64,000 nt of DNA from Anaerolineales bacterium (GCA_026996855.1 JALWJZ010000103.1:20047-84046); one strand, 5' to 3'. Shown: positions 1-11,136, numbered from the stretch's first letter. Numbers and translations: made by a program. Notes: a model not told the origin generated them from the sequence alone.

Positions 1-5
1 GGCGG

Positions 6-66
6 GTAGGGGCGCAGCGGTGCTGCGTCCCCGGCGGTGCTGCGTCCCCGGCGGTGCTGCGTCCCC
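6..66. repeat. GTAG-type REP-like palindrome with 17-bp tandem expansion
   Basis: GTAGGGGCGCAGC-GGT-GCTGCGTCCCC hairpin; unit GCGGTGCTGCGTCCCC at 17, 34 and 51. Confidence 0.7.
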
Positions 67-111
67 AGTGGTGTCGAGCCACCGCAGTCCCCAACTGGGG
101 TGCTTTGGGGT

Positions 112-171
112 GCGGATATGTGAATGGGCGAATGAGCGAATATGCGAATGGGCGAATGAGCGGATATGCGA
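112..171. repeat. 8-bp short tandem repeat (GCGAATGG/GCGAATGA/GCGGATAT variants)
   Basis: Visible 8-nt periodicity; reverse-complement family copy at ~8123-8168. Confidence 0.7.
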
Positions 172-189
172 AGGAAAAGGAGGCGAGCC

Positions 190-771
190 ATGACCAACCG
201 AGTGCTGCGCGAGGTGACCGTAGGGTCGGCCCAGGTGCAGTTGGTGCAGGGCGACATCACCGAGGAGCAGGTGGATGCCATCGTGAACGCGGCCAACAAA
301 TACCTGGAACACGGCGGCGGGCTGGCCCGAATCATCGTCAAGAAGGGTGGCTCCGTCATCCAGGAGGAAAGCCATCGGTGGGTGCGGACCCACGGCCCGG
401 TGCGCCACGAGGAACCGGCCTACACCACCGCGGGCGCGCTCCCGGCCCGATACGTCATCCACGCGGTGGGGCCGGTGTGGGGCGAGGGCGACGAAGACGC
501 GAAACTGGCCGTCGCGGTGCAGGGTTCCCTGCGCCGGGCCGAGGAACTGGGATGCACGTCCATCGCCCTGCCCGCGATTTCCACCGGCATTTTCGGTTTT
601 CCCAAAGACCGCGCGGCGCACGTCATCTTTCGGGCCGTGAGGGATTACCTGCGGGATGCGCCAACAACCCCTCTTCGACAGGTGCGCATCGTGGTGTACG
701 ATGCCCCCACCGTGGAAGCCTTTCGGGAAGCGTGGGACACCTTCCCCTGGAACGCCGAGGCATCCGCATGA
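190..771 (+). CDS. Macro-domain protein (O-acetyl-ADP-ribose deacetylase family)
   Basis: GDIT..VDAIVNAAN..HGGG, VIHAVGP, PAISTGIFGFP motifs; AGGAGG RBS. Confidence 0.92.
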   Translation: MTNRVLREVTVGSAQVQLVQGDITEEQVDAIVNAANKYLEHGGGLARIIVKKGGSVIQEESHRWVRTHGPVRHEEPAYTTAGALPARYVIHAVGPVWGEGDEDAKLAVAVQGSLRRAEELGCTSIALPAISTGIFGFPKDRAAHVIFRAVRDYLRDAPTTPLRQVRIVVYDAPTVEAFREAWDTFPWNAEASA

Positions 772-2675
772 CCCTCGATTCTCGTGAAGCCTTCATCCAA
801 TGGCTGGAGCACCGGGCCCGGCCCATCGTACTGGACGGGGCCATGGGTACCATGCTCCACGCCCGGGGCATTTCCTTCGACGAATGCTTCGACGCCCTGA
901 ACCTGACCCGACCCGCCCTGGTCGCCGACGTGCACCGAGCCTACCTGGAGGCGGGCGCGGACATCCTGCTCACCAACACCTTCGGCGCCAACCGCTTCCG
1001 CCTGGCCGAGCACGGCCTGGAAGACCGGGTGGCCGAAATCAACCGGGCCGGGGTGGAACTGGCCCGCCGCGTGGTCATGGCCGCGTTCAAAGAGCAGGAG
1101 GTTTTGGTGGCCGGCGACGTCGGTCCCCTGGGCGTGCGCCTGGCTCCCTTCGGGCGGGTTTCCAAAGAGGAGGCCCGGAGCGCCTTTCGGGAACAAATCC
1201 AGGCCCTGGCCGACGCGGGGGTGGATTTGCTGGTCATCGAGACCATGGTCAGCCTGGACGAGGCCCACGAGGCTTTCCTGGCCGCGCGCGAGGTGGCACC
1301 GCACCTCCCGGTGGTGGTTTCCCTGACTTACACCCGGGACGACCGCACCCTGCTGGGGGAAAAGCCGGACCAGGTGGCCCGCCAACTGCGGGATTGGGGC
1401 GTGGACGTACTGGGCGCCAATTGCTCCAGCGGCCCTTCCCAGTTGCTGCGCATCCTGCGGGCCATGCGCAAAGCCGTGCCCGAAGCCCTGTACTGGATAA
1501 AGCCCAACGCAGGCTGGCCCGAACGCCTGCCCGGTGGCCGCATTTTCTACCCCGCCACCCCCGACTACTTTGCGGATTTCGCCCGCCAGTTCGTGGAAGA
1601 GGGCGCACGCTTCGTTGGCGGTTGTTGCGGCACCACCCCGGAGCACATCCGGGCCGTGGCTCAGGCCCTGAGGGAAATGCGCGTTTCTCCGGTGAGCAAT
1701 GGAGTTCAGGTGCTTTCCCACCCCCGCCGCTTTCCCGAAGAAACGGAAGCGCCGCGTGAAGAAGAGGTCTATCCCAGCCAACTGGCCCGGAAACTGGCCC
1801 GAGGAACTTTCGTCTTCGCGGTGGAAATGTCTCCCCCGCGGGGCGTTTCCCTGCACAAGACCCTTTTGCACGCCGCCTTGTTGAAAGAGGCCGGCGCGGA
1901 CGTGGTCAACATCGCGGACAGCCCCATGGCCCGCATGCGCATGAGTCCCTGGGCCGTGTGCCATCGCATTCAGGAAGACGTGGGCATCGAGACCACCCTG
2001 CACTTTCCCACCCGGGGGCGCAACCTGCTCCGGGTGCAGGGCGACCTGCTGGCCGCCCACGCCCTGGGCATCCGCAACATCTTCGTGGTCATGGGCGACC
2101 CCACCTCCATCGGCGACTACCCCGAAGCCATGGACGCCTACGACGTGGTGCCCTCGGGCTTGATTAAACTCATCAAACAAAGTTTCAACCGGGGAAAGGA
2201 TTACGCGGGCAACCCCCTGGACGAGCCCACCCGCTTTTTCATCGGGTGCGCCCTGAACCTGATGGCGCCGGACCCGGAGCGGGAGATGAAGGTGCTGCGG
2301 CGGAAAATCCGGGCCGGCGCGGATTTTGCCCTCACCCAACCTGTGTACCAGCCCGAGGAGGCCCGGCGCTTTTTGCAAATGTACGAGGAGCGGTACGGCC
2401 CCATACCTATTCCCATCCTGGTGGGGGTGCTGCCGCCGTACAGCCTGCGCCACGCGCGTTTCCTGCACCACGAGGTGCCCGGCATTCACATCCCGGAGGA
2501 GGTCATGCGTCGGCTGGAGCAGGCCGGCGACAAAGCCTGGGAGGAGGGCTTGCGTCTGGCCGTGGAACTCGTCGAGGCATTGAAGGAGTGGGCGCAGGGC
2601 ATTTATTTGATGCCGCCTTTCCGAAAGTACTGGATGGCCGCGGAAATCCTGGAAAAAGTGACGAACGCGGCTTGA
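768..2675 (+). CDS. Bifunctional homocysteine S-methyltransferase / methylenetetrahydrofolate reductase (YitJ-like)
   Basis: LDGAMGT, GANC, GGCCGTTPEHI in N-terminal domain; C-terminal MTHFR domain (NIADSPMARMR, GADFALTQP); ATGA overlap with upstream gene. Confidence 0.92.
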   Translation: MTLDSREAFIQWLEHRARPIVLDGAMGTMLHARGISFDECFDALNLTRPALVADVHRAYLEAGADILLTNTFGANRFRLAEHGLEDRVAEINRAGVELARRVVMAAFKEQEVLVAGDVGPLGVRLAPFGRVSKEEARSAFREQIQALADAGVDLLVIETMVSLDEAHEAFLAAREVAPHLPVVVSLTYTRDDRTLLGEKPDQVARQLRDWGVDVLGANCSSGPSQLLRILRAMRKAVPEALYWIKPNAGWPERLPGGRIFYPATPDYFADFARQFVEEGARFVGGCCGTTPEHIRAVAQALREMRVSPVSNGVQVLSHPRRFPEETEAPREEEVYPSQLARKLARGTFVFAVEMSPPRGVSLHKTLLHAALLKEAGADVVNIADSPMARMRMSPWAVCHRIQEDVGIETTLHFPTRGRNLLRVQGDLLAAHALGIRNIFVVMGDPTSIGDYPEAMDAYDVVPSGLIKLIKQSFNRGKDYAGNPLDEPTRFFIGCALNLMAPDPEREMKVLRRKIRAGADFALTQPVYQPEEARRFLQMYEERYGPIPIPILVGVLPPYSLRHARFLHHEVPGIHIPEEVMRRLEQAGDKAWEEGLRLAVELVEALKEWAQGIYLMPPFRKYWMAAEILEKVTNAA

Positions 2676-2776
2676 AAGCCCTATGGCTCCGCGGTATAAA
2701 TAGACGGCCTGTTTGACGAAGAAAATGAAACAAAAGGTATTCCCAAATCCGAGGCGAACGAAGGAGGTCCTCAACG

Positions 2777-5104
2777 ATGGCTCAATTAAGTGCGTTCGAG
2801 TGGAGTATGTTGTGGGGTGTGCTGATTGTGGCCCTGCTGGGCCTGCTGTATGCCTGGTACCTGTGGGCTTATGTCCGGGGCAAGGACACGGGCACGCCCG
2901 AAATGCAGGAGGTGTGGCAGGCCATTCGGGCCGGTGCCGAAGCCTACCTGTGGCGGCAACTCAAGGCCATCATGCCCCTCATCGTGGTGCTCACCGTGGT
3001 GCTGTTCCTTTCCGTGTACATCGTACCGCCTACGCCCGAGGCCCGAGAGTTCTTCGCCGGGAAATCGGAGAACGAAATCCGCTTCCTGGTGGGCCTGGGC
3101 CGGGCCATCGCCTTCGTGCTGGGTGCACTGTCGTCCCTGGCCGTGGGCCAGTTGGGCATGCGGGTGGCCGTGGCCGCGAACGTGCGGGTGACCTCCGCGT
3201 CCCGCCGCTCCTTCCGGGAGGCGCTTCAGATTGCCTTCCGCGCGGGCACCATCACCGGCATGCTGACCAACGCGCTGGGCCTGCTGGGCGGCACCATCAT
3301 CTTCATGTACTACCAGATTGCCGCGCCCGACGTGCTGCTGGGCTTCGGCTTCGGCGGCACCCTGCTGGCCCTGTTCATGCGGGTGGGCGGCGGCATCTAC
3401 ACCAAGGCCGCGGACGTGGGCGCGGACCTGGTAGGCAAAGTGGAAGCCGGCATCCCCGAGGACGACCCCCGCAACCCCGCGGTCATCGCCGACCTGGTGG
3501 GTGACAACGTGGGCGACTGTGCGGGCATGGCCGCGGACATCTTCGAGTCTTACGAGGTGACCCTGGTCTCCGCGCTCATCCTGGGCCTGGCTCTGTGGCA
3601 CGCCACGGGCCAAATTGCCTGGGTGGTCTTCCCTCTGGTGGTGCGGGCCATCGGTGTGCTGGCCTCCATCGTGGGCACCTACCTGGTGGACGAAGACCCC
3701 AAACACCCCGGCGACGCCATGCGGGGCATCTTCCGCGGGTACATGATTTCCGCCTTCATCTCCCTGGTGCTCACCTTTGCTTTTGGCTACTACTACCTGC
3801 ACGTGATGCAGAACGGCCAACTGGTGGGCGGCTGGTGGCGCACGCCTCTGGCCGTGGTGACCGGGCTGGTACTGGCCGTGGTGCTGGACCGGCTCACCAA
3901 TTACTTCACCAGCACCCAGTACAGCCCGGTGCAGGAAATCCGCAACGCCGCGAGCACCGGTTCTGCCACCCTCATTTTGCAAGGGCTGGTGGTGGGCATG
4001 GAATCCTCTGTATGGGCCGCGGTGGCCATGGCCGCAACCATCATGGTCTCGGTGGGCATCTTCGCCGGGGCCACCGCCGACCCCGTCACCCAGGTGGTCT
4101 TCGTGCTCTACGGCGTGGCCATGACCGGCATCGGGCTGCTCACCCTCACAGGCAACATCGTGGCCATGGACTCCTTCGGCCCCATCGCGGACAACGCTGG
4201 TGGCATCGCGGAAATGGCCTGGTCCGGCCAGGAAGATGAAGAGACCGAAAAGGCCCAGGCCATCCTGGACCATCTGGACGCCACGGGCAACACCACCAAG
4301 GCCATCACCAAGGGCCTGGCCATCGGCACCGCGGTCATCGCCGCGGTGGCCCTGTTCGCTTCCTACCTGGTGGATGTGACCCGGGCGCAACAAGCCCTGG
4401 GCATTCCCGAAACCCAATGGCTGACCAAAACGGGCATTCGGGTCGATATTCCTCAAGTCTTCGTGGGCCTGCTCCTGGGCGGCGCGGTGCCCTTCCTCTT
4501 CTCCTCCTTCGCCATCCAGGCCGTGCGCCGGGGCGCCTCGGCCATCGTGGAAGAGGTGCGTCGCCAGTTCCGCATGGGCGTGCTGGAAGGCAAGGTGAAG
4601 CCCGATTACCAGAAGGCCGTGGACATTTCCACCGCCACCGCGCAGAAGGAACTGCTTCCCCTGGCCCTGCTGGGCGTGGTCACCCCCATCATCGTGGGCT
4701 TGTGGTTGCAGGTGGAAGCCCTGGGCGGCTTCCTGGCCGGTATCATCGTGAGCGGTCAACTCCTGGCCGTGTTCATGAACAACGCGGGCGGCGCCTGGGA
4801 CAACGCCAAGAAACTCATCGAGGACGAGCCCAAGGACCCCGAAAAGGGCCTGGGCAAGGGTTCCGACCGGCACAAGGCCTCGGTAGTGGGCGACACCGTG
4901 GGCGACCCCTTCAAGGACACTGCGGGTCCGGCCCTCAACCCCATGATTAAAGTGGTCAACCTGGTGGCCGTCATCATCGCGCCCATCGTGGTCAAGTACA
5001 CCCTCAGCCTGCCCGTCATCATCGTGATTCTGATTCTGGTGGGCATTCTGGTTTGGGTGATTCGCCAAGCCAAGAAACCAGCCGCCCACCTGGACGCATC
5101 GTAA
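2777..5104 (+). CDS. hppA: Membrane-bound proton-translocating pyrophosphatase, K+-independent type
   Basis: [34 protein letters not shown] motifs; GNTTKA (Lys) is the K+-independent signature. Confidence 0.95.
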   Translation: MAQLSAFEWSMLWGVLIVALLGLLYAWYLWAYVRGKDTGTPEMQEVWQAIRAGAEAYLWRQLKAIMPLIVVLTVVLFLSVYIVPPTPEAREFFAGKSENEIRFLVGLGRAIAFVLGALSSLAVGQLGMRVAVAANVRVTSASRRSFREALQIAFRAGTITGMLTNALGLLGGTIIFMYYQIAAPDVLLGFGFGGTLLALFMRVGGGIYTKAADVGADLVGKVEAGIPEDDPRNPAVIADLVGDNVGDCAGMAADIFESYEVTLVSALILGLALWHATGQIAWVVFPLVVRAIGVLASIVGTYLVDEDPKHPGDAMRGIFRGYMISAFISLVLTFAFGYYYLHVMQNGQLVGGWWRTPLAVVTGLVLAVVLDRLTNYFTSTQYSPVQEIRNAASTGSATLILQGLVVGMESSVWAAVAMAATIMVSVGIFAGATADPVTQVVFVLYGVAMTGIGLLTLTGNIVAMDSFGPIADNAGGIAEMAWSGQEDEETEKAQAILDHLDATGNTTKAITKGLAIGTAVIAAVALFASYLVDVTRAQQALGIPETQWLTKTGIRVDIPQVFVGLLLGGAVPFLFSSFAIQAVRRGASAIVEEVRRQFRMGVLEGKVKPDYQKAVDISTATAQKELLPLALLGVVTPIIVGLWLQVEALGGFLAGIIVSGQLLAVFMNNAGGAWDNAKKLIEDEPKDPEKGLGKGSDRHKASVVGDTVGDPFKDTAGPALNPMIKVVNLVAVIIAPIVVKYTLSLPVIIVILILVGILVWVIRQAKKPAAHLDAS

Positions 5105-5132
5105 GCCAATCCAGGCCATACATCGTTCGTTC

Positions 5133-5163
5133 AACCCCGGTGGGGCAGCCCACCGGGGTTTTC
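5133..5163. terminator. Intrinsic terminator between convergent genes
   Basis: AACCCCGGTGGG-gcag-CCCACCGGGGTT followed by T run. Confidence 0.8.
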
Positions 5164-5165
5164 GT

Positions 5166-7973
5166 TTATCGCGTCGTCAAGGCCAGCAGCAGGACTTCCT
5201 GGTCCACGGGCAGGCGGTCCACCCGCACGCCCACCGCGTGGTAAATGGCGTTGGTGATGGCCGGCGCGGTGGGGATGCTCACGATTTCACCCACCCCCTT
5301 GGCGCCGTAAGGTCCGCCGCGCGCGGGGTGCTCCACCACGATGGGATGCACCTCCTCGGGCATGTGCACGATGGAGGGGATGCGATAGCGGGCCAGCCGG
5401 TCGGTGACGACCCGGCCGTTTTCCACGATGAAACGCTCGGTAAGCGCGGTGCCGATGCCCATGGCCACGCCCCCCTCGATTTGCCCCTTCAGGCCCAGGG
5501 GGTTGACGGCCATGCCCACATCGTTGGCGGAAATCACCCGCAACACCCGCACCTCGCCCGTCCGGGTGTTCACTTCCACCTCCGCGGCCTGGGCCGCGAA
5601 GGAAAAGGCAAAGTGCATGTCGCCGGGCTGGCCCAGGGGACGGGTTTCCGGCGCGTGGTAGGTGAAACGGGTGCGGGGTTCCAGGCCCGCGTCCCGCATG
5701 GCCTGCACCAGGTGCGGCAGGGCCACGGTGCGATCGCCGGCGACCAGCGCGTCGCCCCGGAAGGCCACGGCTTCGGGCGGGCAGTCGTAATACTCCGAGG
5801 CCCAGGCCTGGACGGCCTTGAGCAGGCCTTGCGCGGCCAGCCGCGCCGCGTTGCCCGTGACCGCGGTCTGCCGCGAGGCCGTGGTGGGGCCGCCGTCGGG
5901 GGTGCGGCCCGTATCCATGACCAGCACCCGTACCCGGTCCGGGCCCAGGCCGGTTTCCTCCGCGGCAATCAACTGCAGCACCGCCACCAAGCCCTGGCCC
6001 AGTTCCGCCGCGGAGGTGCGTACTTCCAGCACACCTTCGGGCAGGAGTTCCACCTCCACGGTGGATTGGTCCGGCGCGCCGCCGCCCAACCCGGTGTTCT
6101 TGAAGGCCACGGCAAAGCCCCAGGCCCGCACCAGGTGCGGCTTGCCCGGCACCCGGCGGGGTCGGAAGGGGTCCTGGCCGTCGCTCAACCGGCGCATCTC
6201 GGCTTCCACCTTCTCGATGCACTCCAGCAGGCCCACGCCCTCCCGCAGCACCTGGCCGGTGCTGGTGACCGAGCCCTCCCGCAGCGCGTTCTTGCGCCGG
6301 ATTTCCACCGGGTCCATACCCAGGGCGTGAGCCAGCATGTCCATCATGCTCTCGATGGCAAACGCGGACTGGGTGACGCCAAAGCCCCGGAACGCGCCGG
6401 CCGGGGGGTTGTTGGTGTACACCGCGTAGCAATCGGCCTTCACGTGGGGGACTTCATACGGCCCGGCGGAGTGGGTGGTGGCCCGGGTCATCACCTTTTC
6501 ACCCAGGGAGGCATACGCGCCCGTGTCGCCGTAAAGTTCCGTCTGCACCGCCACCAGGCGGCCATCTTTCTTGGCACCGATGCGCACCCGAATCTGGGTG
6601 GCGTGGCGCTTGGGATGCACCATCATGCTTTCCCGGCGGGAGAAGAGCAATTTCACTGGCCGACCCGTGGCCTGGGCCAGCAACGCGGCGTGAATCTGCC
6701 CCGCGATGTCCTCCTTGCCGCCGAAGCCGCCGCCCATGTGCTGGCCCACGATGCGCACCTTCTCCTCCGGCAGGCCCAGCGCGGCCGCCACCTGCCGACG
6801 GTCCGCGTAGGGAATCTGAGACCCCACGTAGACATACATGCTGCCGTCGGGCTGGGGCACCGCGATGCTGCATTCCGGCTCCAGAAAGGCGTGTTCGTAA
6901 ATGGGCGTGTGGAAAGTGTGCTCCAGCACCACGTCGGCCTGGGCAAAGCCCGCTTCCACGTCCCCCTTGCGCACTTTGATGTGCTTGAGGAGATTGCCGC
7001 CCTCGTGGAGCCGGGGTGCATCGGGTTGCAGGGCCTGCACCGGGTCGGTCAGGGGCGGCAGTTCTTCGATGTCCACCCGGATGGCCGCGAGGGCCTCTTC
7101 GGCCCGGTCGGGCGTGTCCGCGGCCACGATGGCCAAGGCATCCCCCACGTAACGGATGCGCTCCCCCACCCCCACCAGGATGGGCCAGTCGGACACGATG
7201 AGGCCGTGGGTGCGGGCCGCGGGCAGGTCCTCCGCGGTGAGCACCGCGTGCACGCCGGGCATCTGCCGGGCCTGGGAAACGTCCAGCCCCCGCAGTATGC
7301 CGTGGGGAACTTCGGCCCGGAGCACCCGGGCGTACAACATGCCGGGGAATTTCAGGTCGTCGGTGAAGATGGCCCGGCCGGTGACCTTGTCCACCGCGTC
7401 GGGCCGGGGCCGGGGACGCCCCACCACCCGCCCGGCCCGGATGGAGGGGGGAATTTCGGGGCGGGGCACCGGCGTGCCTTCCCGCAGGGCCCGGGCCGCG
7501 GCCTGAATCGCGCTTTCGATGGAAGGATACCCACCGCAACGGCACAGGGTATCCTTGAGGGCGTGGCGGATGTCTTCCCGGGAAGGCTCGGGGTTGTGGC
7601 GGAGCAGCGCGTGGGCGGTCATGATTTGGCCGGGGATGCAAAAACCGCACTGCACCGCGCCGTGTTCCACGAAGGCCTGCTGCAAGGGATGCAGCACCAG
7701 GTGGCCGTTCTCGTCCCGGGCCAGGCCCTCGATGGTAAGCACGTGCCGACCGTGGGCCTTTTCCGCGGGGAAGATGCAGGAAACCACGGGTTCGCCGTCC
7801 ACCTCCACGGTGCAGGCGCCGCACTCGGCCTCCTCGCACCCGATTTTGGTGCCCGTCAGGCCCAGGCGCTCCCGCAGCAGGTACGCCAGGGTTTCGCCGG
7901 GGGCAATGCGCACCCGATGCTCCCGACCGTTGACCGTGAGGGTGATTTCGCGAAACTCGGGGGAAGAGGTCAT
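5166..7973 (-). CDS. Xanthine dehydrogenase/aldehyde oxidoreductase family, 2Fe-2S plus molybdopterin-binding fusion
   Basis: GCEEAECGAC, QCGFC, CRCGGY Fe-S motifs; GGGFGGK, AFRGFG, GAKGVGE Moco motifs. Confidence 0.92.
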   Translation of the reverse strand: MTSSPEFREITLTVNGREHRVRIAPGETLAYLLRERLGLTGTKIGCEEAECGACTVEVDGEPVVSCIFPAEKAHGRHVLTIEGLARDENGHLVLHPLQQAFVEHGAVQCGFCIPGQIMTAHALLRHNPEPSREDIRHALKDTLCRCGGYPSIESAIQAAARALREGTPVPRPEIPPSIRAGRVVGRPRPRPDAVDKVTGRAIFTDDLKFPGMLYARVLRAEVPHGILRGLDVSQARQMPGVHAVLTAEDLPAARTHGLIVSDWPILVGVGERIRYVGDALAIVAADTPDRAEEALAAIRVDIEELPPLTDPVQALQPDAPRLHEGGNLLKHIKVRKGDVEAGFAQADVVLEHTFHTPIYEHAFLEPECSIAVPQPDGSMYVYVGSQIPYADRRQVAAALGLPEEKVRIVGQHMGGGFGGKEDIAGQIHAALLAQATGRPVKLLFSRRESMMVHPKRHATQIRVRIGAKKDGRLVAVQTELYGDTGAYASLGEKVMTRATTHSAGPYEVPHVKADCYAVYTNNPPAGAFRGFGVTQSAFAIESMMDMLAHALGMDPVEIRRKNALREGSVTSTGQVLREGVGLLECIEKVEAEMRRLSDGQDPFRPRRVPGKPHLVRAWGFAVAFKNTGLGGGAPDQSTVEVELLPEGVLEVRTSAAELGQGLVAVLQLIAAEETGLGPDRVRVLVMDTGRTPDGGPTTASRQTAVTGNAARLAAQGLLKAVQAWASEYYDCPPEAVAFRGDALVAGDRTVALPHLVQAMRDAGLEPRTRFTYHAPETRPLGQPGDMHFAFSFAAQAAEVEVNTRTGEVRVLRVISANDVGMAVNPLGLKGQIEGGVAMGIGTALTERFIVENGRVVTDRLARYRIPSIVHMPEEVHPIVVEHPARGGPYGAKGVGEIVSIPTAPAITNAIYHAVGVRVDRLPVDQEVLLLALTTR

Positions 7974-8023
7974 GTTCGGCCTCCTTCAGGGAAGCGAAAC
8001 GAAACTTATTTCAAATTCCCGCT

Positions 8024-8201
8024 TTTTGGAGTGCGGTGCTTGGGCACCGCTTTGGTATTCCAAAGCGGCACCGAGGTGCCGCACTCCAAAAGCAAGGGCG
8101 CACGGCCATGCGCCCCTACCACCCATTCGCAAATCCGCTCATCCGCTCATTCGCCCATTCATCCGATTCCAAAGCGGCGCCGAGGTGCTGCACTCCCAAA
8201 A
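8024..8201. repeat. Composite REP-like cluster
   Basis: Three CCAAAGCGGC..GCACTCCAAAA palindromic units (first two inverted), one GGGCGCA..TGCGCCCCTAC unit and 8-mer repeats. Confidence 0.75.
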
Positions 8202-8230
8202 ACGCGCCGTTGTTGTTTTTGTTTAGCCAG

Positions 8231-8518
8231 TCAGGAATCTCTGAGAATGTGTGAAGTCCTTATCGCGGTGAGGGCTTCTTCCACATCCGCGAAAGTGTCA
8301 TCCTCGGGCACTTTCCGAGCCTTTTCCCGCAAGCGTTCTACAACCTGAAAACGTTGTTCCCGTTCGGTCCGCCAGCGCTCGTACAAATCAATGGAGACCA
8401 ACGCGGCCATGGGCTTGCCCGCCCGCTCCAGAATCACCACCTCTTTTTCATCGAGAACCCGACGCAATATCTCGAAAAACCTAATTTGGGCTTCTCGCAC
8501 ATCCAAATGCAACATCAC
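8231..8518 (-). CDS. Phd/YefM family antitoxin (orphan)
   Basis: VREAQIRFFEILRRV..EVVILERAGKPMAALVS pattern; start uncertain (8518 or 8515). Confidence 0.8.
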   Translation of the reverse strand: MMLHLDVREAQIRFFEILRRVLDEKEVVILERAGKPMAALVSIDLYERWRTEREQRFQVVERLREKARKVPEDDTFADVEEALTAIRTSHILRDS

Positions 8519-8619
8519 TTATCTCCACATATCGCCGTGTACACCAAAACGGTGCCCAACCCGGCTTTCGGGGTATGGCCAACGGTGCCGGTCTTTGGAT
8601 GAGGACCCGCAAGACGACC

Positions 8620-9498
8620 TTACGCGGTGCCCGCCCGTGCCCAGGCCGTTTGCAGGGCCTCTTCCAGGAGCACCCCGGCCAGGAGGCGACGGTAGGTTTC
8701 GGAAGCCCGGAATTTGCTGGTGCGGAAGCGGGCCTCTCGGAGGAGGGCTTCCTTGGCCGCGGCCACCCGTTCCGGGGTCAAGGCATGGCCCCGGAGCGCG
8801 GCCTCGGTGGCGCGCAACCGGCGGGGCACCGGGCCGGAGGGACCCATGGCGATGCCCACGTCCGCGACGCGGTCGCCTTCCCGCCGGAGCCACACGGCCG
8901 CGTTGAGGATGGGCAGGGCCACCCCCTGGGGCCGCATCACCCGGCGAAAGGCCGAGGCCTGGCCCGGTCGGGCCAGGGGCAGGTAAAAACCCACCAGCAG
9001 TTCGTCGTGCCCCAGGGCCGAACGGCCCGGCCCCAGGAACAGCGTCTCCAGGGGGACCCGGCGCCGTCCTCGGGGGGAGGCCACTTCGGCCTGGGCATCC
9101 AGGGCCACCAGCGCGATGGTGCCGTCGGCCGCGGGCAGGGCGTGGGCCACGTTGCCGCCCAGGGTGGCCAGGTTGCGTACTTGCGGCCCCGCGATGAGCG
9201 CACAGGCCTCGGCCAGGGCCTGGGCGTGGGTGCGCACCAAAGGCGAAGCCGCGACCCGGGCCACGGGCACGGCCGCGCCCACGAAAAGCCGGTCGCCCCG
9301 CACCTCCAGGGCTTGCAGTTCGTCTACGTCCGTCACGTCCACCAGGGTGTGGGGCCGGGGGTGCCGTCCGGTTTCGATGTCCAGGAGCAGGTCCGTGCCC
9401 CCGGCGATGAACGCGGCGGGTTGGGGCGCTTCGTGGATGGCCCGAAGGGCCTCCGGCACGGTGCGGGGACGCAGATAGAGGTTCCACAAACGACGCAT
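8620..9498 (-). CDS. Xanthine dehydrogenase family FAD-binding subunit
   Basis: IAGGTDL, QVRNLATLGGN, PAAD motifs. Confidence 0.92.
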   Translation of the reverse strand: MRRLWNLYLRPRTVPEALRAIHEAPQPAAFIAGGTDLLLDIETGRHPRPHTLVDVTDVDELQALEVRGDRLFVGAAVPVARVAASPLVRTHAQALAEACALIAGPQVRNLATLGGNVAHALPAADGTIALVALDAQAEVASPRGRRRVPLETLFLGPGRSALGHDELLVGFYLPLARPGQASAFRRVMRPQGVALPILNAAVWLRREGDRVADVGIAMGPSGPVPRRLRATEAALRGHALTPERVAAAKEALLREARFRTSKFRASETYRRLLAGVLLEEALQTAWARAGTA

Positions 9499-11066
9499 CA
9501 GCCCTTCTCCTTCTCCTCGACGCCGGCCATGAGCAGGCCCAGCCGCTCCACCGTGGCCTCTTCCCGGGGCATCACGGCCATGATGCGGCCCTCGTAAATC
9601 ACCGCGATGCGATCCGAGAGGACCAGAATCTCGTCCAGATCCTCGGAAATCAGGAGCACGGCCGCGCCCCGGGTGCGCTGTTCCAGCAGCCGCTCCCGCA
9701 CGTACTCGGTGGCGCCGATGTCCAGGCCCCGGGTGGGCTGCGCGGCCAAAATCACCTTCGGTTCCCGGGCCAGTTCCCGGGCCAGCACGATTTTTTGCAA
9801 ATTGCCGCCGGAAAGGTACCGGGCCGGAGTCTTCACCGAAGGCGTTTTGATGCGAAAGGCCTGAATCAAACGGCGGCTGTGCGCGTACACCGTGGGCCAG
9901 TGCAAAAACCCTTTACGGGAAAAGGGCGGCTTGTGATGGTCCCGCAAAATCAAGTTTTCGGCCACGGTGAATTCCTGGATGAGGCCATCCTTCATGCGCT
10001 CCTCGGGAATGTAGGCCAGGCCCAGGTCCATGCGCGCCGCGGGGGAGGCCTCGGTCACGTCCTGGTCCAGCAGGCGCACCCGGCCCCGGGTCACGGGCCG
10101 CAGCCCTGCCACCACCTGGGCCAACTCCCGCTGGCCATTGCCCGAAACCCCGGCCAGGCCCAGGATTTCACCTGCCCGCACCTGCAACGAAACGCCCTGG
10201 AGCGCGGGCGTTCCTCGGTCGCTTTCCGCGTGCACGTCTTCCAGTTCCAGCAGCACGGGACCGGGTCTGGCGGGTTCCTTCTCCAGGTGGAAGCGCACTT
10301 CCCGGCCCACCATCCAGCGGGCCAGTTCCTCCTTGGTGGTTTCCCTGGCCGGTCGGGTGCCGATTTTGCGGCCATCCCGGAGCACGGTGATGCGGTCGCT
10401 GATGGCCAGCACCTCGTGCAATTTGTGGGAGATGAAGACCAGCCCGTGGCCCTCCCGGGCCATCTGGCGCATGACCGCGAAGAGTTCCTCCACCTCCTGG
10501 GGCGTGAGCACCGCGGTGGGTTCGTCCAGGATGAGCACGTCCGCGCCCCGGTACAGGGCCTTGAGGATCTCCACCCGCTGCTGCTGGCCCACGGAAAGTT
10601 GCCAGATGTAGGCGTGGGGGTCCACCACCAGTCCGTAGCGTTCCCCCAATTCCCGCAAACGCCGGGCCACCACGTCCAGGTCGGTGAGCAGGCCCCGGGA
10701 AGAGGGCAGGCCCAGGGCCACGTTTTCGGCCACGGTCAGGGTTTCCACCAGCATGAAGTGCTGGTGCACCATGCCGATGCCCAGGGCAATGGCATCCCGG
10801 GGGGAAGCGATGCGCACGGGCCGACCGTTGATGCGGATTTCCCCTTCGTCGGGCTGGTACATGCCGTAGAGGATTTTCATCAACGTGGTCTTGCCCGCGC
10901 CGTTCTCGCCCAGCAGCGCGTGGATTTCCCCCGCCTGCACGTCGAAGTCCACATGGTCGTTGGCCAGTACGCCGGGGAAGCGCTTCACGATGCCCCGCAT
11001 TTCCACATGTTGAATGCGGGGTCGGGTAGACGCGGTCGCCAGGGGGGCGGATGGCACTGAGTTCAT
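9498..11066 (-). CDS. Nucleoside/sugar ABC transporter ATP-binding protein (two NBDs)
   Basis: GENGAGKTT, LILDEPT, LSGGNLQK. Confidence 0.93.
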   Translation of the reverse strand: MNSVPSAPLATASTRPRIQHVEMRGIVKRFPGVLANDHVDFDVQAGEIHALLGENGAGKTTLMKILYGMYQPDEGEIRINGRPVRIASPRDAIALGIGMVHQHFMLVETLTVAENVALGLPSSRGLLTDLDVVARRLRELGERYGLVVDPHAYIWQLSVGQQQRVEILKALYRGADVLILDEPTAVLTPQEVEELFAVMRQMAREGHGLVFISHKLHEVLAISDRITVLRDGRKIGTRPARETTKEELARWMVGREVRFHLEKEPARPGPVLLELEDVHAESDRGTPALQGVSLQVRAGEILGLAGVSGNGQRELAQVVAGLRPVTRGRVRLLDQDVTEASPAARMDLGLAYIPEERMKDGLIQEFTVAENLILRDHHKPPFSRKGFLHWPTVYAHSRRLIQAFRIKTPSVKTPARYLSGGNLQKIVLARELAREPKVILAAQPTRGLDIGATEYVRERLLEQRTRGAAVLLISEDLDEILVLSDRIAVIYEGRIMAVMPREEATVERLGLLMAGVEEKEKG

Positions 11067-11136
11067 GGACGAACCTCGCGAAAAGGGCGGCCCGCCCTTT
11101 CCCCAAAGAGGAAAGAACGGGCCGGAGCCAAAACGG

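Noticed and set aside
54-767. 238-aa N-terminal extension of the HMT-MTHFR ORF
   Set aside because: Overlaps the macro-domain gene in another frame; the real start is 768.
5238-8348. Long antisense ORFs (also 645-2774, 2786-5134, 11014-13149, 16864-20274, 24946-27300)
   Set aside because: Shadow frames of well-supported genes in high-GC DNA, with no motifs.
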